From Eledone cirrhosa (lineage: Eukaryota): a stretch of 64,000 nt of DNA. The stretch spans positions 224,998,001 to 225,062,000 of the forward strand of contig OZ024743.1 of the NCBI GenBank assembly GCA_964016885.1, in the 5' to 3' direction. The position numbers were made by a program, and so were the translations under genes. A model generated the notes under the pieces. It made no database searches and was not told where the DNA came from. It was given only the letters and a program-made list of their open reading frames with translations. This document shows, piece by piece, positions 1 through 11,143 of this stretch. Each line of letters opens with the position of its first letter. The stretch's first letter is position 1.

Positions 1-220
1 GAAACTGTTCCTTGATCTACAGTATAAAACTGTTTATTTTAAAGTGTTCATATTTATCTAAAAACCTTCCATCATAATTTATGTAAGAACCGTACAAACA
101 CCAGTTTAATAATGAGAAAGTTAGATATATTATTAAATCCCTTCCAAACACTTGATTATTTTCAAAATTATTTGGAAACTATAGGCATTGTATTTCATTA
201 GAAATATGGTAATGAAAGGG
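1..220 (+). mobile_element. TTAA-targeting (piggyBac-type) MITE family B, 5'-truncated by window edge
   Basis: Shares 'gaaactg..cctggttctat...ttattttaaagtg...attagaaatatggtaatgaaaggg' with copies at ~556-742(-), 23828-24186, 28468-28722(-), 29376-29611, 34490-34730, 37864-38078 and 38855-39104(-). Best copies end ...AAAGGG-TTAA. Confidence 0.6.
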
Positions 221-555
221 CTAATAGTGGGCTTAGATTTATTTCATTTTTCTTTTACCAGATCTTGGTCACAATATATATTCATATGTTTAGGTCAATG
301 TTATAATAGAGTATATAACTTATGGTGTTGTTGATGTTTTTATTATTTAGCCCCAAGTCATCCCTGGTTGAGCAGACCTCTAATCTAAGACATTCCAGCC
401 AAGACTATCTCATCTTTTTTCAGACATAATATATCAAGGATTACACCATCCAATAAAGGCGTCCCCATTTAGGTGAATGATGTCAATTTTCAGTAGTGTA
501 AATAATGTGTTTAGACTTGGGTTGAAATCAAGTATATGGAATATTTAGGTTTCAG

Positions 556-742
556 TTAAGACCGTATTTCTAATAGAATATACTCTATTTCAATTAATTA
601 ATGTAGTTACTAAGATAGTAACTTAAGAAATGGTACTTATATATTATGCTGGAAGATTTTAATTTAAGTATGAACCCTTTAAAATGTGTGGCTTTGTTTC
701 ATAGAACCAGAGCCCGTCTTGGCCAGGTTGGTACCAAAAGGG
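556..742 (-). mobile_element. piggyBac-type MITE family B copy
   Basis: Ends 'ggtaccaaaaggg ttaa' (743-746 TTAA); reverse complement matches the family B left end ttaa-ccctttt(g)ataccaa. Confidence 0.55.
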
Positions 743-861
743 TTAAGTTTGCACGAATAAAAATGTAAATATCTAAAATATATAACATCAGAAGGCAATC
801 AGAGATTCATTAGGTTAATTTCAGTGTGAATAACAGAAGAGGAAACTAATAGTTTGATTAA

Positions 862-1062
862 ACTTTTAGCATTTATATTACTCTATATTTACTATTATAT
901 TTTCACGGCAAAGGCTTTATCTCACATAATATCAAAGCTATGAGATTTTGATGTTATTTATTTTGAGAACAATACCTTAACATTGGTATGAGCAGCCAAT
1001 CATAGCTGGTTTGGACAGAAAGGGCGTAGAAAATTCTGACCAAATATGGCCATTTTAAACAA
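862..1062 (+). mobile_element. piggyBac-type MITE family A, degenerate copy
   Basis: ttaa-acttttagcattta start; internal sequence matches 10782-10992 (gctatgagattttgatgttatttattttgagaacaatacc). Confidence 0.7.
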
Positions 1063-1209
1063 GTAAACTAGAAAACCAACCATAATTAGGTAAAATTAAT
1101 TGTAATGAAAATTATATAAATATGAAATATAATTAGCAAGTCACTCATTTAGGCCATCATGTGTTGCAACACTTTCTCAGATGCCAACTACATTGCTTCA
1201 GCAACAAAC

Positions 1210-1490
1210 CTGGATGCTGCTGCCCACAAAGCAGAGTAGAGTAAAGTGACTAAATACCAGACTGGTTTCTTTTTGTACCCATTGCCATTGAGAGCTCCAG
1301 TGTCCTCAGTCCTTCAACTGCCATTATCTTCCACCAAATCAGGTGCTGAGCATCATACTTGAGGAAGGAGTCATGTAAGGTGGAATGGCTGATGAAGCAG
1401 TTACCACTCACTGTTTTCCAAGGCAATAATTTTCCCATCTTGTACGAGGGATTCAGATGAGATATACCATTCAACCAAGTGAGCAGAGTT
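1210..1490 (-). pseudogene. Highly decayed C-terminal RLE fragment of a CRE-like non-LTR retrotransposon
   Basis: Translation fragments 'NGISHLNPSYKMGKLLPWKT...KY...IMAVEGLRTL...KETSLVF' parallel the RPDG..P..GKPLVWD..KY..PMAVETSG..RE..WLF order of the element at 41905-43570. Confidence 0.35.
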
Positions 1491-2405
1491 TGCCCCTTTT
1501 TTAGAGTTTCTTCCTACTTTTTTCTTTTCTTTTGTCATTATGATATTGTAAATAAACACACTTTGTTTGAATTAGTAATGATCCTCTAAGTAAACATGAA
1601 CATCAAAGGAACATCTAACAAAACATGTCAGCTTTTATTAAAGCTAAGTTGTCTTTTATATTAGAAAATTAAATAATCTTCAAAGATGGCCTCTTCAAGA
1701 TTTGAGAGGATCAAATACTCTTTAAGCCACCGAATCTTTTACTAAAAAAATGCATCCAATGTAGTGGAAAATCTATTATTCTACAGACATTTAGAAAATC
1801 TTTAGCTCACTGTATTAGCATCAATAGCTTGTAGTCACAAGAAAACATAAATTTCAGTGTTTCTCCTTTTAACTTTCATATCCCTCATTTATTTATTTTG
1901 TTTATCTAATTAATTTAAACGTCCGTATAGAACTAGTAAGCCATTACAGACTAGGAAAAGTATCTCATACTTCTTACATTTGAGAAACAAAAAAAAAAAA
2001 CAAGATATATGGAAAAAAGTAAAAATAGAAATAATGTTTAAAAAAATAAATGAACAAAATAAAATAAAAAAATTACATGGGGAAGGCCAATAAGAGGCAA
2101 AATATGCATAAAAAAAGGTAAAGAAAAATGGGAAGCAAGGGAAGCTGTAAAGCAGCTAGGAGACTCTGTTGAATCTTTTTGTAACCTCCATGTCCTGAAA
2201 TATTTTGTTTATAGTTAGTAGATATTTTACAATATATTGTATCTCCATAACAAATAGTGATTTTTTATTCAATTTTCCAGAGAATTACTTCAGTTAAAAG
2301 TCAGCCATGCACATCATATAGTCTATTTTACTACACTGCTAAGGTTTAGCATTAGTGTAGGTATGAAGTAACAATGCTAATAATTGAGCTACTACAGTAA
2401 ATGAT

Positions 2406-2640
2406 GTGAAGGTGCCTGGCTTAATAGTTAGGGTATCTGGCTTACAATCATAAGGTTGTGAGTTTGATTCCTAGCAATGCATTGTATCCTTGAACAAGAC
2501 ACTTTATTTCATGTAATTCAAGGTACCAGCTTTGGTATATACTGTCAAGCTGACTCTCCTTGAGAATCACATTAAGAGTATAAGTGTCAATGAAATGTTC
2601 AGCCATTTGCATATTAATTTCATGCATAGGCTGGAACACT
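2406..2640 (+). mobile_element. tRNA-derived SINE (family 1, tail type a)
   Basis: A-box-like 'tggcttaatagttagg', B-box-like 'gagtttgattcc', central 'ccttgaacaagacactttatttca'; tail matches 32316-32605 and 47310-47625. Confidence 0.75.
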
Positions 2641-3061
2641 CATAAATGGAACACACACAAACACACATTCACATACATGGAAAGTAAATGCTATTTCTAA
2701 AATTACACATCTTCTCAACAGGATGAGAAGGTTCGCCTGCTTATCTTTAACATATCCAATATCAATCCAGTGAGAATATCTAAAGCAGTGTTTCACAACC
2801 TGAGTCCCCAAACTAAGTTCAAAATGTAATACACACACACTATTGGGTATCCACTTTTCTCTTTTGATTGTTATTCCTACCATTATATAACAGTCTGGAA
2901 GAGAAGTTATTTTGGCAGGGTAAGATTCATTTAAATAAAATGGGAATCTGAGGAATCTGAGGCACCAGCTCCCAAACTTTTTATTTACTCTACACACTTT
3001 AGATCAAATAAGAATATATTGGAAAACTGCATTTAAAAACGCATTAAAAAGTATTTATATA

Positions 3062-3160
3062 CAGGATGTTGCCCCAAAAGGTATACACACTTTGATTACC
3101 TGTACAGGCAATATTTATTAGAATGCTATTGAATTGTGATACATTTTTGGGGACACCCTG
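3062..3160. mobile_element. Tc1/mariner-type MITE
   Basis: TA-flanked imperfect TIRs 'caggatgttgccccaaaag' / 'tttttggggacaccctg'. Confidence 0.65.
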
Positions 3161-3539
3161 TATTTTAGTCTAAATTATAAATATTTTGGATCAACATTAT
3201 GCAAAATTTGCAATAGCATTTGATCCTGGATTATTAATGATTTTGTAATACAATAGCACAAGTTCTAACCACCAGCATGATATTTTCTCATTTTAATCAT
3301 ACTTTTATGATTTATATGAAATATATAAGCTACAGATATCTGATCGATCGAGTAAATTGTTTGCCAAAAATAAACTGGTGCAACTTTTTGATAGCATCCA
3401 CTATTACATAAGACTCTTTTCTTGGTAGTAACTGAGAAAAAGAAATGCTACATGCCTACCATTTTCATTAAGAGTAACCCAGATGGAGATGTAAAAAATG
3501 GAATATGTTCTTTTATTTTAACTTTTACAGACTCCATAA

Positions 3540-3749
3540 TAGCACACACTGTAAAGTGGTCATGCGGGTGTTATGACAAAAAGCAGCCACCACACACTGT
3601 AAATGTGGGTGGTGTTAAGAAGAGTACCCAGCTGTAGAAACCTAGCCAAAATGAGTCCTGTATGAGCAAGTCATAGTCATCAGTCTGGCTTGTCTCATAA
3701 TGGGGCAACTCATCATGGAAAATGGACGTTAAACGATGATGATGATGAT
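3540..3749 (+). mobile_element. RTE LINE 3'-UTR fragment with (GAT)n tail
   Basis: 'cacactgtaaatgtgg.tggtgttaagaag...catggaaaatggacgttaaacgatgatgat' matches the 3' end of the RTE at 11144-13409. Similar tails at 10068-10336, 18915-19188, 26700-26908, 58433-58630(-) and 62775-62950(-). Confidence 0.8.
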
Positions 3750-4367
3750 AAAAGCTACTACTAAATCATTGACTGCCATTGCACCTTCTATGTAAAGTAT
3801 ATTACTGACAAATTTTTAAATATATATGATATTTACTGCTCCTTAAATGTTGAGTTGTTAGACAGTTTAAGTTGACTGCTATTTCTAGCAACAATTTTAT
3901 ACCCGTCACCAAGTCTGTAATGTACAAATTTTTACCTTGTTTTTAGTTCTACGTACCATGCTAGATCTTTTGAACGTACATAATGTTCAGCAACAGATAA
4001 ATATATCTTTTTTCTTATAATATTAAACAGAACCCTCTCTGATGATCGACAAGTTCTGGTGGAATGAGCTATCTTAATTAATTAATTAATTAACTGGGAT
4101 AGTCAATCCTGTTCTTTTGCTTGTAAAACTGCAATAAAGGGAACATTTGATGAGCCCTCTAACTTTAGGTCACTTAAGAAATAATCTATCCCTAGGGTAA
4201 GATCTTTGTAAAGTTTCTTTATTTTAAAGTAAATTACTGCGATCTTCCCTTTGGCTAGTTTGTGCATTATTTAAGATATCTCTATATTTATATTTTTCAG
4301 ATTCTCTAAATTAGATTCAAAGCAATTGAGATGTAAACTGTATTACTAACAAATTTTTAACTATATG

Positions 4368-4564
<197 letters not shown>

Positions 4565-4869
4565 ACGCGCGCGCTGAAACCGCTTAGTGTTGGGATTTTA
4601 CATATCTTTATACCCACTCTGCATCTCCTCATGCTGTGAGTACTCCCATGAGTAAGGGTCTCCTAGGTCACACCACCATTATCCCCACTACTGACCTACA
4701 CCATTCCCATCCAAGTCTTATGCCATAATTGTCTAGCATCAGATCAATTGTAACAGACAACTGTTTCACATTTTTTATTGTGAATCACACCAGTACTTCT
4801 TGCATATGAGACATCTGCAAGTATGTGGTCCCCACAAGGGATTGTAACCAGTTCATGGTCATGGGATTA

Positions 4870-5090
4870 GGGTGTGTGAGGTCCATATTCTCAGGTGGGC
4901 TGATATCTGGGCACTCACTTAGTATATGTTCAACACTCTGTTCTGGCAAGCAGCACTGGAATGGACACAGTGCCTAGTGAAGCATGGTTGCATTGACTTG
5001 GTTGACACCAAGTGTAGCCAATTCAAGTACATTCACTTGCTCCAAGTGAGGTTAGCCTCTGGGGAGAGAGCCACATGGGGCTTGATATTT
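4870..5090 (-). pseudogene. Decayed 3' end of an Ingi/Vingi-like (I-group) LINE ORF
   Basis: Minus-strand translation 'K*MYLNWLH / GVNQVNATMLH*ALCPFQCCLPEQSVEHILSECP' resembles the WxxLNRLRTG..WG..CxC..QTxEHILxECP zinc knuckle. Confidence 0.45.
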
Positions 5091-5095
5091 AGTTG

Positions 5096-8000
5096 GGCTG
5101 GTAGTGTAGACCAGTGGCTGATAGTGTAGGCCAGTGGCTGATAGTGTAGGCCAGTGGCTGGTAGTGTAGGCCAGTGGCTGATAGTGTAGGCCAGTGGCTG
5201 ATAGTGTAGGCCAGTGGCTGGTAGTGTAGGCCAGTGGCTGATAGTGTAGGCCAGTGGCTGGTAGTGTAAGCCAGTGGCTGGTAGTGTAGGCCAGTGGCTT
5301 GTGGTGTAGGCCAGTGGCTGATAGTGTAGGCCAGTGGCTGGTAGTGTAGGCCAGTGGCTTGTGGTGTAGGCCAGTGGCTGATAGTGTAGGCCAGTGGCTG
5401 GTAGTGTAGGCCAGTGGCTGGTAGTGTAAGCCAGTGGCTGGTAGTGTAGGCCAGTGGCTTGTGGTGTAGGCTAGTGGCTGATAGTGTAGGCCAGTGGCTG
5501 ATAGTGTAGGCCAGTGGCTGGTAGTGTAGGCCAGTGGCTGATAGTGTAGGCCAGTGGCTGGTAGTGTAGGCCAGTGGCTGATAGTGTAGGCCAGTGGCTG
5601 GTAGTGTAGGCCAGTGGCTGGTAGTGTAGGCCAGTGGCTGATAGTGTAGGCCAGTGGCTGATAGTGTAGGCCAGTGGCTGATAGTATAGGCCAGTGGCTG
5701 GTAGTGTAGGCCAGTGGCTGGTAGTGTAGGCCAGTGGCTGATAGTGTAGGCCAGTGGCTGATAGTGTAGGCCAGTGGCTGATAGTGTAGGCCAGTGGCTG
5801 ATAGTATAGGCCAGTGGCTGATAGTGTAGGCCAGTGGCTGGTAGTGTAGGCCAGTGGCTGATAGTGTAGGCCAGTGGCTGATAGTGTAGGCCAGTGGCTG
5901 ATAGTATAGGCCAGTGGCTGGTAGTGTAGGCCAGTGGCTGGTAGTGTAGGCCAGTGGCTGGTAGTGTAGGCCAGTGGCTGATAGTGTAGGCCAGTGGCTG
6001 GTAGTGTAGGCCAGTGGCTGATAGTGTAGGCCAGTGGCTGATAGTGTAGGCCAGTGGCTGGTAGTGTAGGCCAGTGGCTGATAGTGTAGGCCAGTGGCTG
6101 ATAGTGTAGGCCAGTGGCTGGTAGTGTAGGCCAGTGGCTGGTAGTGTAGGCCAGTGGCTGGTAGTGTAAGCCAGTGGCTGGTAGTGTAGGCCAGTGGCTG
6201 ATAGTGTAGGCCAGTGGCTGGTAGTGTAGGCCAGTGGCTGGTAGTGTAGGCCAGTGGCTGATAGTGTAGGCCAGTGGCTGGTGGTGTAGGTCAGTGGCTG
6301 GTAGTGTAAGCCAGTGGCTGGTAGTGTAAGCCAGTGGCTGGTAGTGTAGGCCAGTGGCTGGTAGTGTAAGCCAGTGGCTGGTAGTGTAAGCCAGTGGCTG
6401 ATAGTGTAGGCCAGTGGCTGGTAGTGTAGGCCAGTGGCTGGTAGTGTAGGCCAGTGGCTGGTAGTGTAAGCCAGTGGCTGGTAGTGTAAGCCAGTGGCTG
6501 ATAGTGTAGGCCAGTGGCTGGTAGTGTAGGCCAGTGGCTGGTAGTGTAAGCCAGTGGCTGGTAGTGTAGGCCAGTGGCTTGTGGTGTAGGCCAGTGGCTG
6601 ATAGTGTAGGCCAGTGGCTGGTAGTGTAGGCCAGTGGCTTGTGGTGTAGGCCAGTGGCTGATAGTGTAGGCCAGTGGCTGGTAGTGTAGGCCAGTGGCTG
6701 GTAGTGTAAGCCAGTGGCTGGTAGTGTAGGCCAGTGGCTTGTGGTGTAGGCTAGTGGCTGATAGTGTAGGCCAGTGGCTGATAGTGTAGGCCAGTGGCTG
6801 GTAGTGTAGGCCAGTGGCTGATAGTGTAGGCCAGTGGCTGGTAGTGTAGGCCAGTGGCTGATAGTGTAGGCCAGTGGCTGGTAGTGTAGGCCAGTGGCTG
6901 GTAGTGTAGGCCAGTGGCTGATAGTGTAGGCCAGTGGCTGATAGTGTAGGCCAGTGGCTGATAGTATAGGCCAGTGGCTGGTAGTGTAGGCCAGTGGCTG
7001 GTAGTGTAGGCCAGTGGCTGATAGTGTAGGCCAGTGGCTGATAGTGTAGGCCAGTGGCTGATAGTGTAGGCCAGTGGCTGATAGTATAGGCCAGTGGCTG
7101 ATAGTGTAGGCCAGTGGCTGGTAGTGTAGGCCAGTGGCTGATAGTGTAGGCCAGTGGCTGATAGTGTAGGCCAGTGGCTGATAGTATAGGCCAGTGGCTG
7201 GTAGTGTAGGCCAGTGGCTGGTAGTGTAGGCCAGTGGCTGGTAGTGTAGGCCAGTGGCTGGTAGTGTAGGCCAGTGGCTGATAGTGTAGGCCAGTGGCTG
7301 GTAGTGTAGGCCAGTGGCTGATAGTGTAGGCCAGTGGCTGATAGTGTAGGCCAGTGGCTGGTAGTGTAGGCCAGTGGCTGATAGTGTAGGCCAGTGGCTG
7401 ATAGTGTAGGCCAGTGGCTGGTAGTGTAGGCCAGTGGCTGGTAGTGTAGGCCAGTGGCTGGTAGTGTAAGCCAGTGGCTGGTAGTGTAGGCCAGTGGCTG
7501 ATAGTGTAGGCCAGTGGCTGGTAGTGTAGGCCAGTGGCTGGTAGTGTAGGCCAGTGGCTGATAGTGTAGGCCAGTGGCTGGTGGTGTAGGTCAGTGGCTG
7601 GTAGTGTAAGCCAGTGGCTGGTAGTGTAAGCCAGTGGCTGGTAGTGTAGGCCAGTGGCTGGTAGTGTAAGCCAGTGGCTGGTAGTGTAAGCCAGTGGCTG
7701 ATAGTGTAGGCCAGTGGCTGGTAGTGTAGGCCAGTGGCTGGTAGTGTAGGCCAGTGGCTGGTAGTGTAAGCCAGTGGCTGGTAGTGTAAGCCAGTGGCTG
7801 ATAGTGTAGGCCAGTGGCTGGTAGTGTAGGCCAGTGGCTGGTAGTGTAAGCCAGTGGCTGGTAGTGTAAGCCAGTGGCTGGTAGTGTAGGCCAGTGGCTG
7901 GTAGTGTAAGCCAGTGGCTGGTAGTGTAAGCCAGTGGCTGATAGTGTAGGCCAGTGGCTGGTAGTGTAGGCCAGTGGCTGGTAGTGTAGGCCAGTGGCTG

Positions 8001-8330
8001 GTAGTGTAAGCCAGTGGCTGGTAGTGTAGGCCAGTGGCTGATAGTGTAGGCCAGTGGCTGGTAGTGTAAGCCAGTGGCTGGTAGTGTAAGCCAGTGGCTG
8101 GTAGTGTAAGCCAGTGGCTGATAGTGTAGGCCAGTGGCTGGTAGTGTAGGCCAGTGGCTGGTAGTGTAAGCCAGTGGCTTGTGGTGTAGGCCAGTGGCTG
8201 GTAGTGTAGGCCAGTGGCTGATAGTGTAGGCCAGTGGCTGGTAGTGTAGGCCAGTGGCTGGTAGTGTAGGCCAGTGGCTGGTAGTGTAGGCCAGTGGCTG
8301 GTAGTGTAGGCCAGTGGCTTGCGGTGTAGG
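5096..8330. repeat. 20-bp minisatellite (CCAGTGGCTG[G/A]TAGTGTAGG), about 160 units
   Basis: Direct reading; head-to-tail units with few variant positions and no spacers. Confidence 0.98.
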
Positions 8331-8389
8331 TTAGTGCCTATTACTTTCCTCCCTCTCTCTCAACAGTTTGTAAAAACAGGGATTATAGT

Positions 8390-8660
8390 GGGATGAGACA
8401 GGGATGAAACTGGTATGAAATGGGCATAAGACTGGAGTGTGAGAGGGATGAGACAGAGATGAAACAGGTATGGGACAGGTGTGAGACAGGTATGGAATGG
8501 GTATGAAACAGATGAGACAGGTGTGAGACAGATATGGGGTAGGTATAAAACAGAGATGAGACAGGTCTGGGGCAGGTATGAAACAGAGATGAGACAAGTA
8601 TGGGACAGGTGTGAGATAGATATGAGACAGGTATAGGACAGATGTGGGTGATAAGACACA
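8390..8660. repeat. Degenerate purine-rich tandem repeat (gagacaggtatg/gaaacagatg motifs)
   Basis: Recurrent 'gagacagg', 'tatgaaacaga' and 'gatgagaca'. Confidence 0.75.
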
Positions 8661-8689
8661 GGAGAATCTTTAAAGTATCATATATATGT

Positions 8690-9320
8690 CCTCTTCTTAG
8701 TGAGACAACTACAAAACAAGCTTGTAACTATGTGTAAGCTGCTATGTTTAACTTTTGTTTATCTGGAGAAGGCCTTTGATAGAGCTCCAAATCTGTTATC
8801 TGGTGATTTTTAAGAAAACTGTGTGTAGATGAGTAGCTTGTGATAGCAGTGTAAACCATGTACAGAGGTGTTGTCAGCTAAGTGAGCATAGGTAATGAGT
8901 TTAATGAGGAATTCAATGTGCAAGTAGATGTTCATCAGAACTCAGTCCTCAGTCCACTTCTATTTATTATAGTTTGCCAGGCCATAACAGAGGAGTTTAA
9001 GATTGGCTGACCATAGGAATTTATGTATGCTGATGACTTGATTTATATAGCTGAATCTGATAAAGAGTTGGAAACAGAACTTAGAATTAAAAAGGCTCAT
9101 CAGAGTAAACTTAGCAAAGTCCCAGTGAAATAAACTTTATTCCAACTCATGAAGGTTCCCAAAAAGTAGCTGATAACTTCTGTTACCTAAGTTAGAAGTG
9201 GAGAAAGCTACTTTCAAAGCATAGTAGCTAGAATAAGAAGATTATGGAAAGGTTCATGAAGCAACTGCGTTTTCAACAAAAAGTTTCTCGTCATGAATGA
9301 AAGTTCAATATATGAACTTA
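8690..9320 (+). pseudogene. Old decayed RTE reverse transcriptase fragment
   Basis: DNA matches the VRQLQ..FVDLEKAFDR..VHQGSVLSPLLF..ELxYADDL region of the 11.1 kb copy, with many stops. Confidence 0.8.
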
Positions 9321-9930
9321 TACTTGTCTAGGAATTTGTGTAGTTGCCACACTGTGAAGAAAGCTTCTGTGGTGTTCCTCTCTGGCACAAAACTAAATTG
9401 CATCTCATCTAATGATTATTTTTCTAATTAGTTATACTGAAACCTTTTCTGTCCCTTTCATAACTTGATCTATCAATCTTATGCCTCTGTAGCTGCACCT
9501 TTCAAGGATATCATCTTTGTTTTGTATTTATTTACAATTATACTGCTACACCAATCATTGGGTATAACACCATCATGGATTACCTGATTGATTATGTGAG
9601 TAACTAGCTCAATTTTTACTTCCTCTGATGATTTCAGCATCTGAGCTACTATCACTGATAGTTTATCATTTTCCATCTCCCTGACTGCTTCTTTGACCTT
9701 ATAACTGTCTATTCCAATAGCTACCCAAGTAGGCTAATCACTTTTCTTCTCACACATTCTCCACATTCATCAATCTCTCAGTAACATTTCTAGGCTACTT
9801 TTTTCTGGGTGTCAGTGAGACAAAATGTGCTGTATCATTCCCAAAACACTTTTCCCTGACATCTTAATTTACACTGACACATTGTTTCATAATGTGGAAC
9901 AACTCACACCATTAATACACTGTCCTTGAT
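9320..9930 (-). pseudogene. Old decayed RTE RT fragment (upstream half, inverted)
   Basis: ORF 9479-9676 'IVAQMLK..VTHIINQVIHDGVIPNDWCSSIIVN' matches 'IVAEMLQ..VTRIVNQVVQNGVVPKDWRSSIIVN'. Confidence 0.8.
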
Positions 9931-10781
9931 TGTTGATATATACATACATACACACACACATATATATATATCATCATCATCATCATTTATATGTGTGAAT
10001 GTATGTATCATCATCACCATTTTTAGTATATTTTCCATGTTATCTCTATATATATATCTCCCATCCCACACTGTAAAGTAGTCATTTTGGTTCTACAACA
10101 AAAAGAACCCAGTTCACACTGTAAAGTGATCATGTAGGTGTCATGATAAAAAGCAGCCAGTACACACTGTAAATGTGGTTGGCATTAAGAAGGGCATCCA
10201 GCCATAGAAACCAAACCCAAATCAGTTCTGTATGAGCAAGACACAGTCATCTGATCAGGCTTGGCTCAAAGGGACAGTTCATCTAACCCATGCTAGCATG
10301 GAAAAATGGACGTTAAACAGTGATGAGGATGATGATAAAAGGAGGAAAAAGGATTTTAATTGGCCTTATTGGGTTAAATATTTCCTGTGTGACTACATAA
10401 CATTGTTGAAAACTTGATGGAATCTGTTTGAGTTTTAGATGTCAATATAAATTAAAAAAATATCATCATTTGCCCTTCGTATTTTGTACCATGTTGTACA
10501 GGCTTTTAAAATAAGTTATCGATTATTTACAACACATCTTATAATGCTTCATAGTAACTACACTACTCTATTAAAAAAAATCATTTGATCTTTGTTTTAT
10601 AGCTGAAAGGTATGACAGAAGATTTGGAAACAATGGTCAGTGTAGCTGTTAACTTTATGTTTAAGGAACCTTCTTCAGATTTGATCTTCAGATTTGATGA
10701 TAATCATTCAATCAATTGAACGTCTGACATGAATTAAAGATTTAGTCATTAGATTACAGCCACAGTAGGGCACTACCTTAA

Positions 10782-10992
10782 CCCTTTAGCATTTACATTT
10801 CTCTATTGTATTTTTGTGGTAAAGGTTTTATGTTACATAATTATCTTATACAATATCGAATCTATGAGATTTTGATGTTATTTATTTTGAGAACAATACC
10901 TTAACGTCAGTATAAACAGCCAGTGAGGGGGGTTTGAACAGAAAGAGGTGGGAGAATTCTGGCTGGATATGACCAGTTTAAATGCTAAAGGG
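10782..10992. mobile_element. piggyBac-type MITE family A, intact ends
   Basis: TTAA (10778-81) + 14-bp TIR CCCTTTAGCATTTA ... TAAATGCTAAAGGG + TTAA (10993-96). Confidence 0.88.
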
Positions 10993-11143
10993 TTAAAAGT
11001 AATTAGTCGATCATATCAACTCCAGTACTTTTTTTTTTCAAGTCTTTAAACAACATTGATTTCTGGTGGTAATCATAACATAAATGGTGTTAAAAAGAAG
11101 TTACAGCTGAAAACACATTTTGTACATGTGTATCTGTATGTGT

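Noticed and set aside
5096-8330. CRISPR-like array or coding repeat
   Set aside because: Head-to-tail 20-bp units with no unique spacers, no cas genes and a eukaryotic context. The Chi-like GCTGGT(A/G)G in the unit has no demonstrable meaning here.
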